The translations under genes were made by a program, and so were the position numbers. A stretch of 51,840 bases of DNA from an uncultured Pseudomonadota bacterium (GTDB lineage: Bacteria > Oederibacteriota > Muellerivitia > Muellerivitales > Muellerivitaceae), in NCBI GenBank assembly GCA_963843375.1, contig CAWJKT010000021.1, forward strand, positions 1-51,840, written 5' to 3'. Positions 1-9,238 of the stretch are shown here, one piece after another. Numbering within the stretch: the first letter of the stretch is position 1; the number at the start of each line of letters is the position of its first letter. Under the pieces are notes generated by a model that made no database searches, had not been told where the DNA came from, and saw only the letters and a program-made list of their open reading frames with translations.

Positions 1-3
1 GTT

Positions 4-396
4 TTGGTGAAGGTCAAGCAGCTACAAGATTTTTTTAGGAAACTTTATCAAATGTGGGAACCATTAGTTAGGGGCCGGATGGACGCTGCACGTTCAGATA
101 CAACCCAGATTAATCAAGTGGACGTTGGCAATGGCGTAAAGCTTCACCTTGGGGCCGGTAAAACGGACAATGATTTGAGTCAAGCAGAGATAGAAATTTT
201 CTATGGGCAATTTCTTGGAATAGATGATGAAGGTGCCCATTTGTGTTTTGAGAAGATTCACCGCATCAATAAGGCAGAGATAAATAAGCTCCGCAAGATC
301 AAAGGTGAGGAGGGTTCGATGGAACGCAAACGCTCGGAACTCATCGAAAGAGTCTATAATCCTCAGCCTAAAAAACTAGAAATTAAGGGAGCCTGA
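4..396 (+). CDS. 3' part of hypothetical protein (full copy at 47142-47645)
   Basis: Identical to the C-terminal 130 aa of ORF 47106..47645; truncated by the window edge. Confidence 0.85.
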   Translation: MVKVKQLQDFFRKLYQMWEPLVRGRMDAARSDTTQINQVDVGNGVKLHLGAGKTDNDLSQAEIEIFYGQFLGIDDEGAHLCFEKIHRINKAEINKLRKIKGEEGSMERKRSELIERVYNPQPKKLEIKGA

Positions 397-398
397 CA

Positions 399-1346
399 AT
401 GCCATTTGAAATCAAAAAAGCAGAACGAAAAGACGCAAGAATTAAGATAGCCCTATTTGGCCCTCCGGGGTCAGGTAAAACAATGTCAGCTTTGAAGCTG
501 GCCCGTGGCCTTTGCGATAAGTGGGAGGAAATCTGCGTCATAGATACGGAAAACAATTCGGCTTCACTTTATGCGGACTTGGGGCCTTTCAACGTGATTG
601 AAATGGAGGCACCTTATTCTCCAAAACGATACGTTGAGGCTATCAACCAAGCGGTAAAAGACCATAACATCAAAGTTATCATCGTTGATAGCGCTTCTCA
701 TGAATGGAATGGCCCCGGCGGATGTCTTGAAATGGTGGATGCCTTCGGGGATTGGAAAACAGTAACCCCGTTGCATAATGAATTTATTGGGGCCATTACC
801 GGTAGTCCCAAGTTCGTCATCGGTTGTATGCGCTCCAAAATGGAGTATGTCATCACGGACATTGAGAAGAACGGCAAGAAAACAATTAAAGTGGAAAAAA
901 TTGGCCTCAAGGCCGAACAGCGCGAAAATGCACCTTATGAGTTTGGATTGACGTTTGTCATGGATTCAAAAACGATGGCCCATTTGGACAAGGACCGGAC
1001 AAATCTTTTTAACGGGATTGCGCCTTTCCAAATAGATGAATCCACGGGAAAGAAAATACGGGAATGGAATGAATCTGGCAAGGTAATGACCGAAAGAGAA
1101 AAATTCCGTCTTCAACTTTCAAAGAAGCCTATTAAGTTGGCTTCCTTGGATGAACAAAAGAAAGTCAAGGAATTGCCGGATGATGTCAAGGCGGCCCTCA
1201 AAGAAAAGGGTTACGAAACTATCGGAGAGGTGGCTGATTATTACCGCTCAAGAGATTGGGATTCCGAGTCCATAAAGTTTGAATTGGGCCTTATTAATGA
1301 AATGCCAGTTTTGGAAACTATCGGAAATAAAGAAGTGGAATTTTAA
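399..1346 (+). CDS. AAA_24 / Sak4-like ATPase, putative single-strand annealing recombinase
   Basis: Walker A GPPGSGKT, VIDTE, IIVDSASHEW motifs typical of phage Sak4/AAA_24; RBS AAGGGAG upstream. Confidence 0.85.
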   Translation: MPFEIKKAERKDARIKIALFGPPGSGKTMSALKLARGLCDKWEEICVIDTENNSASLYADLGPFNVIEMEAPYSPKRYVEAINQAVKDHNIKVIIVDSASHEWNGPGGCLEMVDAFGDWKTVTPLHNEFIGAITGSPKFVIGCMRSKMEYVITDIEKNGKKTIKVEKIGLKAEQRENAPYEFGLTFVMDSKTMAHLDKDRTNLFNGIAPFQIDESTGKKIREWNESGKVMTEREKFRLQLSKKPIKLASLDEQKKVKELPDDVKAALKEKGYETIGEVADYYRSRDWDSESIKFELGLINEMPVLETIGNKEVEF

Positions 1347-1369
1347 AAAAGAAAGAGAGAAAAAAGCCA

Positions 1370-1600
1370 ATGGCAACCCAAGCAAGGAAGGTTAAGGATC
1401 CCCAGGACCGGACGGTAGGGGTCTCAGTGACACGGCCCAAACGCCTAGCCGAAAGCGTTGATAAGGTGATCCGGGCAATGGCGGTGGAACTCAATCTGGA
1501 CATCAACCATTCCCAGGTGGTTTGTGCCCTGGAAGAACTGATGTTGGAAAACCCCAAGGTTTACCAGATGGTTTGCCTTTGGCTGAAGGCCACGTCTTAA
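1370..1600 (+). CDS. Small putative ribbon-helix-helix DNA-binding protein
   Basis: Beta-strand-like VGVSVTRP followed by two predicted helices (KRLAESVDKVIRAM; NHSQVVCALEELM). Confidence 0.5.
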   Translation: MATQARKVKDPQDRTVGVSVTRPKRLAESVDKVIRAMAVELNLDINHSQVVCALEELMLENPKVYQMVCLWLKATS

Positions 1601-1606
1601 AGATGC

Positions 1607-1635
1607 TTGATTTTCGATTTAAAAGGGATTAGGTT
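1607..1635 (+). promoter_or_regulatory. Putative sigma70-type promoter upstream of the replication gene
   Basis: TTGATT-17 nt-TAGGTT in an intergenic gap. Confidence 0.45.
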
Positions 1636-1716
1636 ATGAACAATTCAACTCTTGCGGCTACCAAGAGCGGCATTAAAGCCCGACGTGGGTGCCAGCCCTG
1701 GGAACGTTAAAACGAA

Positions 1717-1757
1717 CTCGGGGGTAGCCCTGGCCCCTTCGCCGGGTTTTTTATTTT
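1717..1757 (+). terminator. Intrinsic terminator or attenuator-like hairpin in the replication gene leader
   Basis: GC-rich hairpin ctcgg-gggtagccctggcccc-ttc-gccggg followed by TTTTTTATTTT. Confidence 0.5.
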
Positions 1758-1776
1758 CGGAGCAAAAAGGCGGTCT

Positions 1777-2280
1777 ATGAAATGGTACGGAAGGGAAGCC
1801 AATAATCGTTATGACCCGAAAATGGTCAAACTTTTCGATAGGTACAAATGCGAGGGATGGACGGTTTACTGGACGGTGCTGGACATGATCGCTGAGAAAT
1901 TGGATGCCAACCACTACACTTTTTGCCTTGAAGAAGAAACCCAATATATATCAAAGTTCCTGGAATTGACCATTGAAAAGGTGGACGCAATCCTGAACTA
2001 CTGTGTAGAACTTGGACTTCTAGACCGGGAGCCTCAATCCAAGCAAATAAGGTGCCTTAAAATCATGTCCCGACTGGATGATACCACTTCCAGAATCCCT
2101 GAAATTCGAAACCTTATTAGGCAAGCCAAGCGCTTCGAAGAAACTTCGAAGTTACTTCGTGCACCTACATACGTACCTACTTACTTACCTACGGACTTAC
2201 CGGCGGGGAAGATGTATCCATCCGCAGAAGAGCTATTTGAAATCGAACGATTAAAAAGCCAAAAAGGAAAAACTGCATGA
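1777..2280 (+). CDS. Putative replication initiator (DUF4373/Lin1244-like N-terminal domain)
   Basis: DPKMVKLFDRYKCEGWTVYWTVLDMIA...ILNYCVELGLL pattern of phage replisome organisers; short internal DNA repeats near the 3' end. Confidence 0.7.
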   Translation: MKWYGREANNRYDPKMVKLFDRYKCEGWTVYWTVLDMIAEKLDANHYTFCLEEETQYISKFLELTIEKVDAILNYCVELGLLDREPQSKQIRCLKIMSRLDDTTSRIPEIRNLIRQAKRFEETSKLLRAPTYVPTYLPTDLPAGKMYPSAEELFEIERLKSQKGKTA

Positions 2281-2426
2281 ACAATTCTGAACATCGTGCG
2301 CCTAAAGAACCTAGAACAAGCAGTATTGGAATTAGGAAAACGGGTAAAAGATTTAGAAAATAAGGTAAACCCAGCTTGGTTGAAAAATGCCTTAGACCTC
2401 AGTAAACCGAATAGTAGGAAAAAACG

Positions 2427-2636
2427 ATGAATTCAACGATTCCAAAATCCATTTTAAAATGCCCTCATTGCCGGGGTCCATACCTCCGTCACCACTACCG
2501 GCTTCACATTCGGGGAGTCAGAATGATTGACGGAAAGGCCATTTGCCCGGCCATGAAAGACCACCCTAATTATCACCGCCGGGACGTTAATTTGAAGCTT
2601 AAGGGTAAGGCGGTTTGGAGATTGGGGGCCCTATGA
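2427..2636 (+). CDS. Small basic hypothetical protein with CxxC
   Basis: ATGA-coupled to neighbours; CPHC motif; conserved in the second copy. Confidence 0.6.
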   Translation: MNSTIPKSILKCPHCRGPYLRHHYRLHIRGVRMIDGKAICPAMKDHPNYHRRDVNLKLKGKAVWRLGAL

Positions 2637-2839
2637 TCCTTCTTGAATACCCAGCGGAAATGAACCTGCCTCAACGTGAAGCTGATGAATCGCATGGCCG
2701 GTTTGAGTTTGGAGGCCAGCTTTTTACCTTGGGTTACCATTGCGGTAACTGCGGGGAAGTCCATGAGGTGGTCTTTGGATTTGACAGGCTTCAACCGCAT
2801 GATGATGGGGCCGGAAGGTTTACAAGTTCGGGGGCATAG
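2633..2839 (+). CDS. Hypothetical Zn-ribbon protein (C-terminus differs between the repeat copies)
   Basis: ATGA overlap with the upstream ORF; CGNCGEVH motif. Confidence 0.5.
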   Translation: MILLEYPAEMNLPQREADESHGRFEFGGQLFTLGYHCGNCGEVHEVVFGFDRLQPHDDGAGRFTSSGA

Positions 2840-2987
2840 CGGTATGAGGGTTATTGATTGGTGTCTACGGGCAAAAACGTCTTAGAGCTTTCTGGGGATT
2901 AAAAATGCCGAAAAGGGCCGATGGCTTTATGGATGGCGTAAAAACTACTTGAGAAAGGAGCTTAAATTCTATGTTTCCAGAAAATGA

Positions 2988-3512
2988 ATGAGCTTCAAAC
3001 CCCCAGTCCTGCGTCTTGGCAAGAACACCAAAACGGTCATCGGCGGCTTCAAACCAAAGACCGGGACTCTCAAGTGGGCAACCTTCGGGGTAAAGGACTC
3101 GGAGAAGACCAAACAGAAGCGAATGAGCCGGAACGGGAATACCCACCGGGGGAAATTAAATAAACTCTTGCCGTTGGTGAAGCGGGTCATCTGCCAAGAG
3201 TACGTGAGCCAGAACGGTGGGGAAGTTCGTAAGCTTGAAAAGTCCTTCGACTTGGAGCACATTCACGGCAAGGACGGAATGCACGGGGGAATCCCGGCGG
3301 TCATAAGCCCGATCAACTTACAGCTTTTAGACCGCAAAACGCATATCTTGAAAACGGACGGGCTTGAAATCTCCAGCCACTTCGACGGACGGGATAAGGT
3401 CATCCAAGCCCGGTTAACCGAACTAGCGGAAAGAATTCGAAGGAAAGCGGGAATCAATCCAAATTGGAAGGATTACAAGGCGGCCTATGAAAGCGAGGTT
3501 TACGACGAATGA
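2988..3512 (+). CDS. HNH-like nuclease domain protein
   Basis: DLEHIHGK...NLQLLDRKTHILKT resembles an HNH (beta-beta-alpha) motif. Confidence 0.55.
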   Translation: MSFKPPVLRLGKNTKTVIGGFKPKTGTLKWATFGVKDSEKTKQKRMSRNGNTHRGKLNKLLPLVKRVICQEYVSQNGGEVRKLEKSFDLEHIHGKDGMHGGIPAVISPINLQLLDRKTHILKTDGLEISSHFDGRDKVIQARLTELAERIRRKAGINPNWKDYKAAYESEVYDE

Positions 3513-3700
3513 GAACCTACGGGGAATTATGCAAGGCCCTTGGAATCAAAGATCCTCCCGCTAAAAAGTATTCAACCCATGAATATCGAACCGAATATTG
3601 GAGGAACTACTATCAAGACCACAAGAACGATCCGGGAGTTATAGAAAAAAAGAGGGCAGCATGGCGAAAGTGGAATCAAAAGCAAAAGCGCCAAAACTAG
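3509..3700 (+). CDS. Small basic hypothetical protein
   Basis: ATGA overlap, RBS GAGG. Confidence 0.6.
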   Translation: MRTYGELCKALGIKDPPAKKYSTHEYRTEYWRNYYQDHKNDPGVIEKKRAAWRKWNQKQKRQN

Positions 3701-4002
3701 TCGAGGCCTTTATCAACTGGGAAACCAATTTACGGGAAGGCCTGAATTACGGAACGGTAAAAATTCTTTCTGCGGATGGAATGGTTTGGGAAGTAGCGGT
3801 TTTCCGGGGCAAGGATGAGGGCCCTATCCTAGGATGGGGAAAGCCAAGAAGGCGCCAACACCTGGAGGCCTTGAAGAAAGATTACGGAAAGGACTTGGCG
3901 GGAATGGCCGAAACATGGCGGACCATGATTTTCAACCAGGACAAAGGATACGAATTGGGAAGCCCTTTATTCCTGGAACAGATTAAAAAGATGTTGCAAT
4001 AA
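3661..4002 (+). CDS. Hypothetical protein
   Basis: In-frame ATG at 3661 with RBS GAGGG; ORF track 3598..4002. Confidence 0.6.
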   Translation: MAKVESKAKAPKLVEAFINWETNLREGLNYGTVKILSADGMVWEVAVFRGKDEGPILGWGKPRRRQHLEALKKDYGKDLAGMAETWRTMIFNQDKGYELGSPLFLEQIKKMLQ

Positions 4003-4021
4003 CACAAAAACATAGTATTGT
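3991..4021 (+). promoter_or_regulatory. Putative promoter with operator-like AATAACAYAA motif
   Basis: TTGCAA-16-TATTGT; atgttgcaataacacaa is nearly identical to 47090-47106. Confidence 0.5.
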
Positions 4022-4028
4022 AGAACAC

Positions 4029-4244
4029 ATGGAACAGCAACAAGTCAGGCCACAATTTAACGATCTCACTGACCGCATCGAACGTTGCAGGCATTCATGG
4101 CCAGTGGATATCGCCATCTGCCCGAAATGCGAGTGGGAAGAAGAAGTGGCCCGGCTTGGAGCGAATCCAAAAATAGACAATGGAGAAATTGGCGAATGGG
4201 CAGAAAACGCAAAACAGAGGACAGTTCTACCGAACCAACCCTAA
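4029..4244 (+). CDS. Small Zn-ribbon-like hypothetical protein
   Basis: CRH...CPKC motif. Confidence 0.55.
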   Translation: MEQQQVRPQFNDLTDRIERCRHSWPVDIAICPKCEWEEEVARLGANPKIDNGEIGEWAENAKQRTVLPNQP

Positions 4245-4507
4245 AGCTAGTCACTAAAGAACAAGTTCCGGAAAAGGAATGGATTAACTTCGAATGCCCG
4301 AAAGGCCATCAAGAAGCAATGCCGGCCGAAGTCAACCCACTCTGTGGTCATAAGGATTGCAACTATCGCCGCATAATGAAACCGCGCCGGACTTGTCCGA
4401 AATGCGAGGGAACCGGCCAGAAGTTTCCGGGGTCCGTTCGACCCTGTGTTTGTTGCTGGGGCAATGGAACCGTGGCGCCGGAATTTACGCCGGAGGAATC
4501 TGAATAA
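4196..4507 (+). CDS. Cys-rich zinc-finger protein (DnaJ-like CxxCxGxG repeats)
   Basis: CPKGH, CPKCEGTG, CVCCWGNG; TAATG-coupled to the next gene; start chosen at in-frame ATG 4196. Confidence 0.65.
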   Translation: MGRKRKTEDSSTEPTLKLVTKEQVPEKEWINFECPKGHQEAMPAEVNPLCGHKDCNYRRIMKPRRTCPKCEGTGQKFPGSVRPCVCCWGNGTVAPEFTPEESE

Positions 4508-5304
4508 TGGGAAAAGATACGCGGATATCTTGGGCACATCACACTCAAAACTTTTGGATTGGTTGTACTAAGGTAAGCCCTGGTTGCGCCAATTGTTACG
4601 CCGAAGCCCAGCAAGATCATCTTTATCACCGGGTAAAGTGGGGAAAAGGAAATCCCAGGTCATTGACCAAGACTTGGAAAGAGCCTTTGAAATGGGACCG
4701 TGAAGCCCAAGAAAAAGGGATTCGTTGCCGGGTTTTCACCAATAGCCTATCCGATTTCTTCGATGAAGAAGTGTCTGAGGATTGGCGCTTCAACGCCATG
4801 GACGTTATCAAGAAAACTCCAAACTTGGATTGGCTGATATTGACCAAGCGAATCCAAAAAGCACATGACTTTTTGGCTAATGTGATTGGGTGGCCATGGC
4901 CGAACGTTTGGGTTGGAGCTTCGATAGAAAATCAAGAAGCTGTAGATTACCGGCTTCCAATCCTTGGACGCATTCCGGCTGCCGTACATTTCATAAGCGC
5001 TGAACCACTACTTGAAGCTATTGATATTCGCGCCCATTTAATCAAAGCTACTCATTATTCACCAAATACCGGTCCCGAAGGAGAAGTTTGGAATCATCCG
5101 CTTGATTGGGTTATCTGTGGGGGAGAAAGTGGAGAAGGTTTCCGCAATATGCGGGCATCATGGGCTCAAAACCTATTCGATCAGTGCCAAGCGGAGAAGG
5201 TAGCATTTTTTATGAAACAGGATTCAAGCCTTTACAACGAGTCCAAGGGCAAGATACCGGATGGGCTTTGGAATGTGAAAGAATTTCCAAAGGTGAACTT
5301 ATGA
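4507..5304 (+). CDS. DUF5131 (phage Gp37/Gp68) family protein
   Basis: [52 protein letters not shown] signature. Confidence 0.92.
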   Translation: MGKDTRISWAHHTQNFWIGCTKVSPGCANCYAEAQQDHLYHRVKWGKGNPRSLTKTWKEPLKWDREAQEKGIRCRVFTNSLSDFFDEEVSEDWRFNAMDVIKKTPNLDWLILTKRIQKAHDFLANVIGWPWPNVWVGASIENQEAVDYRLPILGRIPAAVHFISAEPLLEAIDIRAHLIKATHYSPNTGPEGEVWNHPLDWVICGGESGEGFRNMRASWAQNLFDQCQAEKVAFFMKQDSSLYNESKGKIPDGLWNVKEFPKVNL

Positions 5305-5489
5305 GCCTTACACCCGGATGGGAAGAAAAGGATTTTGAATCTAAAACTCCAGGAATCCAGATATCTTTCGATGTGTCCCGGGATGAGAACTTTTATTACT
5401 TGGACAACGGAAGCGAGTTCAAGCGGTTTCCAAACACAAAAGCAGGGTGGCAGGATTTATGCGAAAGCTTAAAGAGTTTTGAACCATGA
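5301..5489 (+). CDS. Small hypothetical protein
   Basis: ATGA overlaps at both ends, RBS AAGGTG. Confidence 0.6.
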   Translation: MSLTPGWEEKDFESKTPGIQISFDVSRDENFYYLDNGSEFKRFPNTKAGWQDLCESLKSFEP

Positions 5490-5878
5490 AATTAACTCAA
5501 GAGGTCCGCGAGTTTGAAAACGGAGTCAAGGTAAAGTTGGACCCCATTGACCCCGAGATAGATGTCTACCTCTGGTTACCCGAACGGATGGAATGGAGAT
5601 TCGCAGGAAACTACGATCCGAACGATGGGGTTTTCTTCATGAAGCGCTGGCCGAAACATCTTCACAGGATTTTGAACTCATGGGGAATATCGGATTACAC
5701 CATCAAGATGTTGGAGCCCTTGGGCTTGAAGAAATTGGTGGTCATGGTGGAAGGGACAAAGGAAGTTTTTTCAATTGACCTGAAGGCGGCTAAAGACTGC
5801 GCCGTTTGGAAGTTCTGGCGGGAAGGCGGATTTGACCGTCAGATGTTCGTGGCACTCCCATACTGGAACAAGAAATAA
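5486..5878 (+). CDS. Hypothetical phage protein
   Basis: 130 aa ORF, ATGA-coupled. Confidence 0.7.
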   Translation: MKLTQEVREFENGVKVKLDPIDPEIDVYLWLPERMEWRFAGNYDPNDGVFFMKRWPKHLHRILNSWGISDYTIKMLEPLGLKKLVVMVEGTKEVFSIDLKAAKDCAVWKFWREGGFDRQMFVALPYWNKK

Positions 5879-5933
5879 GAGCGAAGGTTCCACATGACAC
5901 GCCACATAAACAAATTTATGGAAAGATGGAAAA

Positions 5934-6425
5934 ATGAAACTTTGTAAATGTGGAAAACCTAGAAGAAGTGATTTTGAAAGATTTTGTAAAGAATGCCATA
6001 ACTCTTATATGCAAAAGTGGCGAAAGAATAATCCAAATTCAAAAGAAGAAAAAATGAAAAATAGTGCAAGAGCTTATTTACGTATTTATTTAAAAAGAGG
6101 AAAAATAATAAAAGGAAACTGCGTGATTTGCGGAACTTCTGAAAAAATTGAAGGTCATCATCACGATTATCATAAGCCCTTGGATGTAACTTGGTTATGT
6201 CGCTCCTGCCATTCAAAAAAACATAAAGAAATTGGTAAAAAAATAAGATGTTATCCATTAAAAACAAAAGAGAATTCCAAATTGTGTTTGTTGTGTCGAG
6301 TCCAGCCGCGAAGGTTTAATCAAAGATATTGTAAATCCTGCCATGCCGAATACATGAGGGAATGGAACTTCCGGAAAAAGAAGCGTTTGGCGAAATTATT
6401 CCGGGAAGTGGAGAAATTAAGGTAA
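5934..6425 (+). CDS. HNH endonuclease with flanking Zn fingers
   Basis: CVICG...EGHHHDYHKPLDVTWLCRSCHSKKH; visibly AT-rich relative to neighbours. Confidence 0.8.
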   Translation: MKLCKCGKPRRSDFERFCKECHNSYMQKWRKNNPNSKEEKMKNSARAYLRIYLKRGKIIKGNCVICGTSEKIEGHHHDYHKPLDVTWLCRSCHSKKHKEIGKKIRCYPLKTKENSKLCLLCRVQPRRFNQRYCKSCHAEYMREWNFRKKKRLAKLFREVEKLR

Positions 6426-6682
6426 TGAATGATGAGGTGAAACCCATGACCACCCGCAGGAAAGACAGAAAGCCGAAGTTATCAGAATTACCGCAAGGAT
6501 TTAACCCACCTTTTGAAATTCAAGTAACAGGATGGGGTCACGGCATCATTCACACAGCAGGTTTGTTGAATGTCAACATGAGGTGTTTACCTGTAATGCC
6601 ATTGGAATTGGCTGACGTGGTCTGTGATGCCCTTAACCTAGCCTATCCCGTGGTCCGCAAGGGCAAAGGAGCGAAGCAATGA
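6425..6682 (+). CDS. Hypothetical protein
   Basis: TAATG coupling at 6423-6427; ATGA overlap with the next gene. Confidence 0.55.
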   Translation: MNDEVKPMTTRRKDRKPKLSELPQGFNPPFEIQVTGWGHGIIHTAGLLNVNMRCLPVMPLELADVVCDALNLAYPVVRKGKGAKQ

Positions 6683-7902
6683 AACAAAAGATCGAAACGC
6701 TGACGGAATCCCAAAAATCAAAACTGCCTGAATACATTGAAAAGTGGACCAAGATAGGACTTTCCACAGAACCCGCCAACCGGCAAAAGGCGGAAGAAGG
6801 CGTTCGAAAGGCTTATGAGGATGCTGGCTTATCAACTCCAAGAATTGTTTGGTGTTCTTCGCCATTAACCCAAGGATTAGTACGGGCAATAATTTTAAGC
6901 ATCTTTAAAAACGGGCTAAAGGAAATAGGGGCTTCCGTGAGGGATTCCGTGTGGGATTCCGTGGGGGATTCCGTGAGGGCTTCCGTGAGGGATTCCGTGG
7001 GGGATTCCGTGGGGGCTTCCGTGTGGGATTCCGTGTGGGATTCCGTGAGGGCTTCCGTGAGGGATTCCGTGTGGGATTCCGTGGAGGCTTCCGTGGGGGC
7101 TTCCGTGTGGGATTCCGTGGGGGCTTCCGTGTGGGATTCCGTGTGGGATTCCGTGTGGGATTCCGTGGGGGCTTCCGTGTGGGATTCCGTGTGGGATTCC
7201 GTGTGGGATTCCGTGTGGGATTCCGTGGGGGATTCCGTGGGGGATTCCGTGAGGGCTTCCGTGTGGGATTCCGTGGAGGCTTCCGGTTATGGCCAACACG
7301 ACGCGAATTGGCTTGGTTTTTATGATTACTTCTCCCGCGAACTGAATTTGCTGGAGGAAACCAAAAAACTGGAGGCGATTTGGTTAATCGCCGAAAACGC
7401 CGGATGGTTTTTGCCGCATGAAAAAATCTGCTGGATTTCCGAAAGGACTTCAAAAGTTCTCAAGGATGTCGAAGGCCGTTTGCATTGTGAAACCGGGATG
7501 GCTTGCCAATATCCTGATGGTTGGGGTGTGTATGCTTGGCATGGGGTCAGAGTTCAATCTTGGATCGTCCTAGAGCCCCAGAAGATCACCGCAGACTTGG
7601 TGATGAAGGAGCAAAATGCAGAAATTCGACGGGTTTTGATGGAGCGCATGGGGTTGCGCCGGTACCTCATCGAATCTAAGGCCGAGGTCTTGGACCACGA
7701 CGACCATAAAGTGAACTGGAAACGTGCGCTTTTACATGTTGGCGATGACGTAATTCTTTTCGTGGCCGACCCTTCCACTGGGCGGAATTACCCGATACAA
7801 GTGGACCCTTCCTGCAAAACCTGTGAGCAGGCGGACAGTTGGATTTACCAGGGAAACAAGACATGGGATGGAAAACCGGTCAAGCAATTGGCCAGAACTT
7901 AA
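6679..7902 (+). CDS. DUF6745-family protein with SVWD tetrapeptide repeat tract
   Basis: N-terminal LSTEPANR...PRIVWCSSP; GQHDANWLGFYDYF; RLHCETGMACQYPDGWGVYAWHGVRV; NAEIRRVLMERMG; DPSTGRNY. Confidence 0.85.
   Translation: MKQKIETLTESQKSKLPEYIEKWTKIGLSTEPANRQKAEEGVRKAYEDAGLSTPRIVWCSSPLTQGLVRAIILSIFKNGLKEIGASVRDSVWDSVGDSVRASVRDSVGDSVGASVWDSVWDSVRASVRDSVWDSVEASVGASVWDSVGASVWDSVWDSVWDSVGASVWDSVWDSVWDSVWDSVGDSVGDSVRASVWDSVEASGYGQHDANWLGFYDYFSRELNLLEETKKLEAIWLIAENAGWFLPHEKICWISERTSKVLKDVEGRLHCETGMACQYPDGWGVYAWHGVRVQSWIVLEPQKITADLVMKEQNAEIRRVLMERMGLRRYLIESKAEVLDHDDHKVNWKRALLHVGDDVILFVADPSTGRNYPIQVDPSCKTCEQADSWIYQGNKTWDGKPVKQLART
6928..7284 (+). repeat. 12-bp coding tandem repeat, about 30 units (GTG DGG GMT TCC)
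   Basis: Directly visible, e.g. gtgtgggattcc repeated; encodes S-V-(W/R/G/E)-(D/A). Confidence 0.97.
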
Positions 7903-7911
7903 GGAGCTTTT

Positions 7912-8328
7912 ATGGACTCGTTGAAAATCATGCAGAAAGTTGAAAAGCAGGACCGCCCTTTTGCCGGGGCGAAGGTTTACGAGCATATGGATGTAAACAC
8001 GTGCCACGACCAGGGGGACGTGCGGATTATTCGCCTCGCTTCCCTGCCGCCAGAGAGTGAATTGGAGGAAATTAAGGATTTCAAGGGCGTTGTGGCCCAA
8101 GGTCTTGCGGATGGTGCCGACCACCAGATTTTGGCCGAGGACCTGCCGGGCGTGAAGGCTTACCGCTGGAAAAAGGCCGATGTCTTCATTGGGCCTTTCA
8201 TCAGGACCGTTAAAGCCTGGACCTTGACCCACAAAAACCACAAGTGGGCCACGATGCCAGCGGGAGATTACCAGATTAGCTATCCCCGCGAATTGAACCT
8301 TGGCCAAATTCGTCGGGTGATCGATTAA
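7912..8328 (+). CDS. QGDV-motif protein, usual partner of DUF6745
   Basis: DQGDVRI...AQG...HQI...LTHKNH...MPAGDYQISYPRE...RRVID; RBS AAGGAG. Confidence 0.75.
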   Translation: MDSLKIMQKVEKQDRPFAGAKVYEHMDVNTCHDQGDVRIIRLASLPPESELEEIKDFKGVVAQGLADGADHQILAEDLPGVKAYRWKKADVFIGPFIRTVKAWTLTHKNHKWATMPAGDYQISYPRELNLGQIRRVID

Positions 8329-8354
8329 AAGCCATAGGGCAAAGGAGCGCACAA

Positions 8355-8990
8355 GTGAAGAAAATGACCCAACTAGAAACCTACCGGAAGGCACTGGAAA
8401 ATATAAAAACTTCGATATCTCATCATTCAAGGTCTGGTCATAAACTTAAAAAACGTTCTGATGGCAAAACTGATATGTATTACTTTGATGAATTTTGTGC
8501 TCTTTGTATTGCACTGGAAGCCCTCTCGGCCCAAGGGGAGCAGGGGACCGACACGGGATGCCAACATGAATTCGTATCCGACTACGGGTTACAACCAGCT
8601 TGCACGAAATGCGGAAAAGTTAAAGACCTTTTAGGTTGTCCCTTTTGCGGAGAAATACCGGATTTTGAAAGTGATGTTCAAGAAGTTGGAAGCTACTATG
8701 CGGTTGAGTGCCCAGGTTGCAACGCCCAAGGCCCGATAGCGGAATATCCCGATACGGTGTGTGATGTGTGGGACGCCCGTTCAAAAATCGAGACCGAAAA
8801 GCATGAAAGTGCCCCAACCCCAACCGCCCAGAAGCCGCCCACCGAGACGCAGGCACGGTGCCCGAAGTGTAAAACCGAAGTGGAATGGGTTGTACCACCG
8901 ATACCGGGAGTGAAGCCGTTTTTCCAATGCCAAGACCCTGACTGTAACTGGATGAGTGATGATGACTTTCCAGAAAGGAAAAGTATATGA
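8355..8990 (+). CDS. Mosaic Zn-finger protein with Lar-like (restriction alleviation) domain
   Basis: LLGCPFCG...VECPGCNAQGP...WDAR plus three further Cys pairs; RBS AAGGAG. Confidence 0.7.
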   Translation: MKKMTQLETYRKALENIKTSISHHSRSGHKLKKRSDGKTDMYYFDEFCALCIALEALSAQGEQGTDTGCQHEFVSDYGLQPACTKCGKVKDLLGCPFCGEIPDFESDVQEVGSYYAVECPGCNAQGPIAEYPDTVCDVWDARSKIETEKHESAPTPTAQKPPTETQARCPKCKTEVEWVVPPIPGVKPFFQCQDPDCNWMSDDDFPERKSI

Positions 8991-9238
8991 AAAAGCATTG
9001 GACTGAAAAGATCGAAGAACTTACTAAAGAAACTTGGTCATTAGGCACCGAACGAGACGAATTGAAAGTCCATATTCGGGAACTTGAGGCCGAACTAGAA
9101 GCCCGAAAGAAGGCTTGGGAGGGGTTGGTCGAGTGGGTCAATACTACTTGGGTTCAGGAAGGGGCTCTTGGATTTAAAGGAGCCTTGGCCGACAAGCTGA
9201 CCGCCCTAGAGGCGACCTTGCCGAAAGGGGGAGTGTGA
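8987..9238 (+). CDS. Coiled-coil hypothetical protein
   Basis: ATGA-coupled; heptad-like sequence. Confidence 0.65.
   Translation: MKKHWTEKIEELTKETWSLGTERDELKVHIRELEAELEARKKAWEGLVEWVNTTWVQEGALGFKGALADKLTALEATLPKGGV

Larger units (their letters stand above)
1..4610. repeat. Terminal direct repeat, copy 1 (genome overlap / terminal redundancy)
   Basis: Sequence from position 1 recurs at 47250 (offset 47249, e.g. ORF 399 matches ORF 47648); the window end matches ccgaagccca at 4601-4610. Confidence 0.98.

Noticed and set aside
6928..7284. Possible CRISPR array, and the alternative-frame ORFs 6905-7453, 6916-7299 and 6951-7325
   Set aside because: Contiguous 12-bp coding repeat with no unique spacers; the extra ORFs are open only because the unit lacks stops
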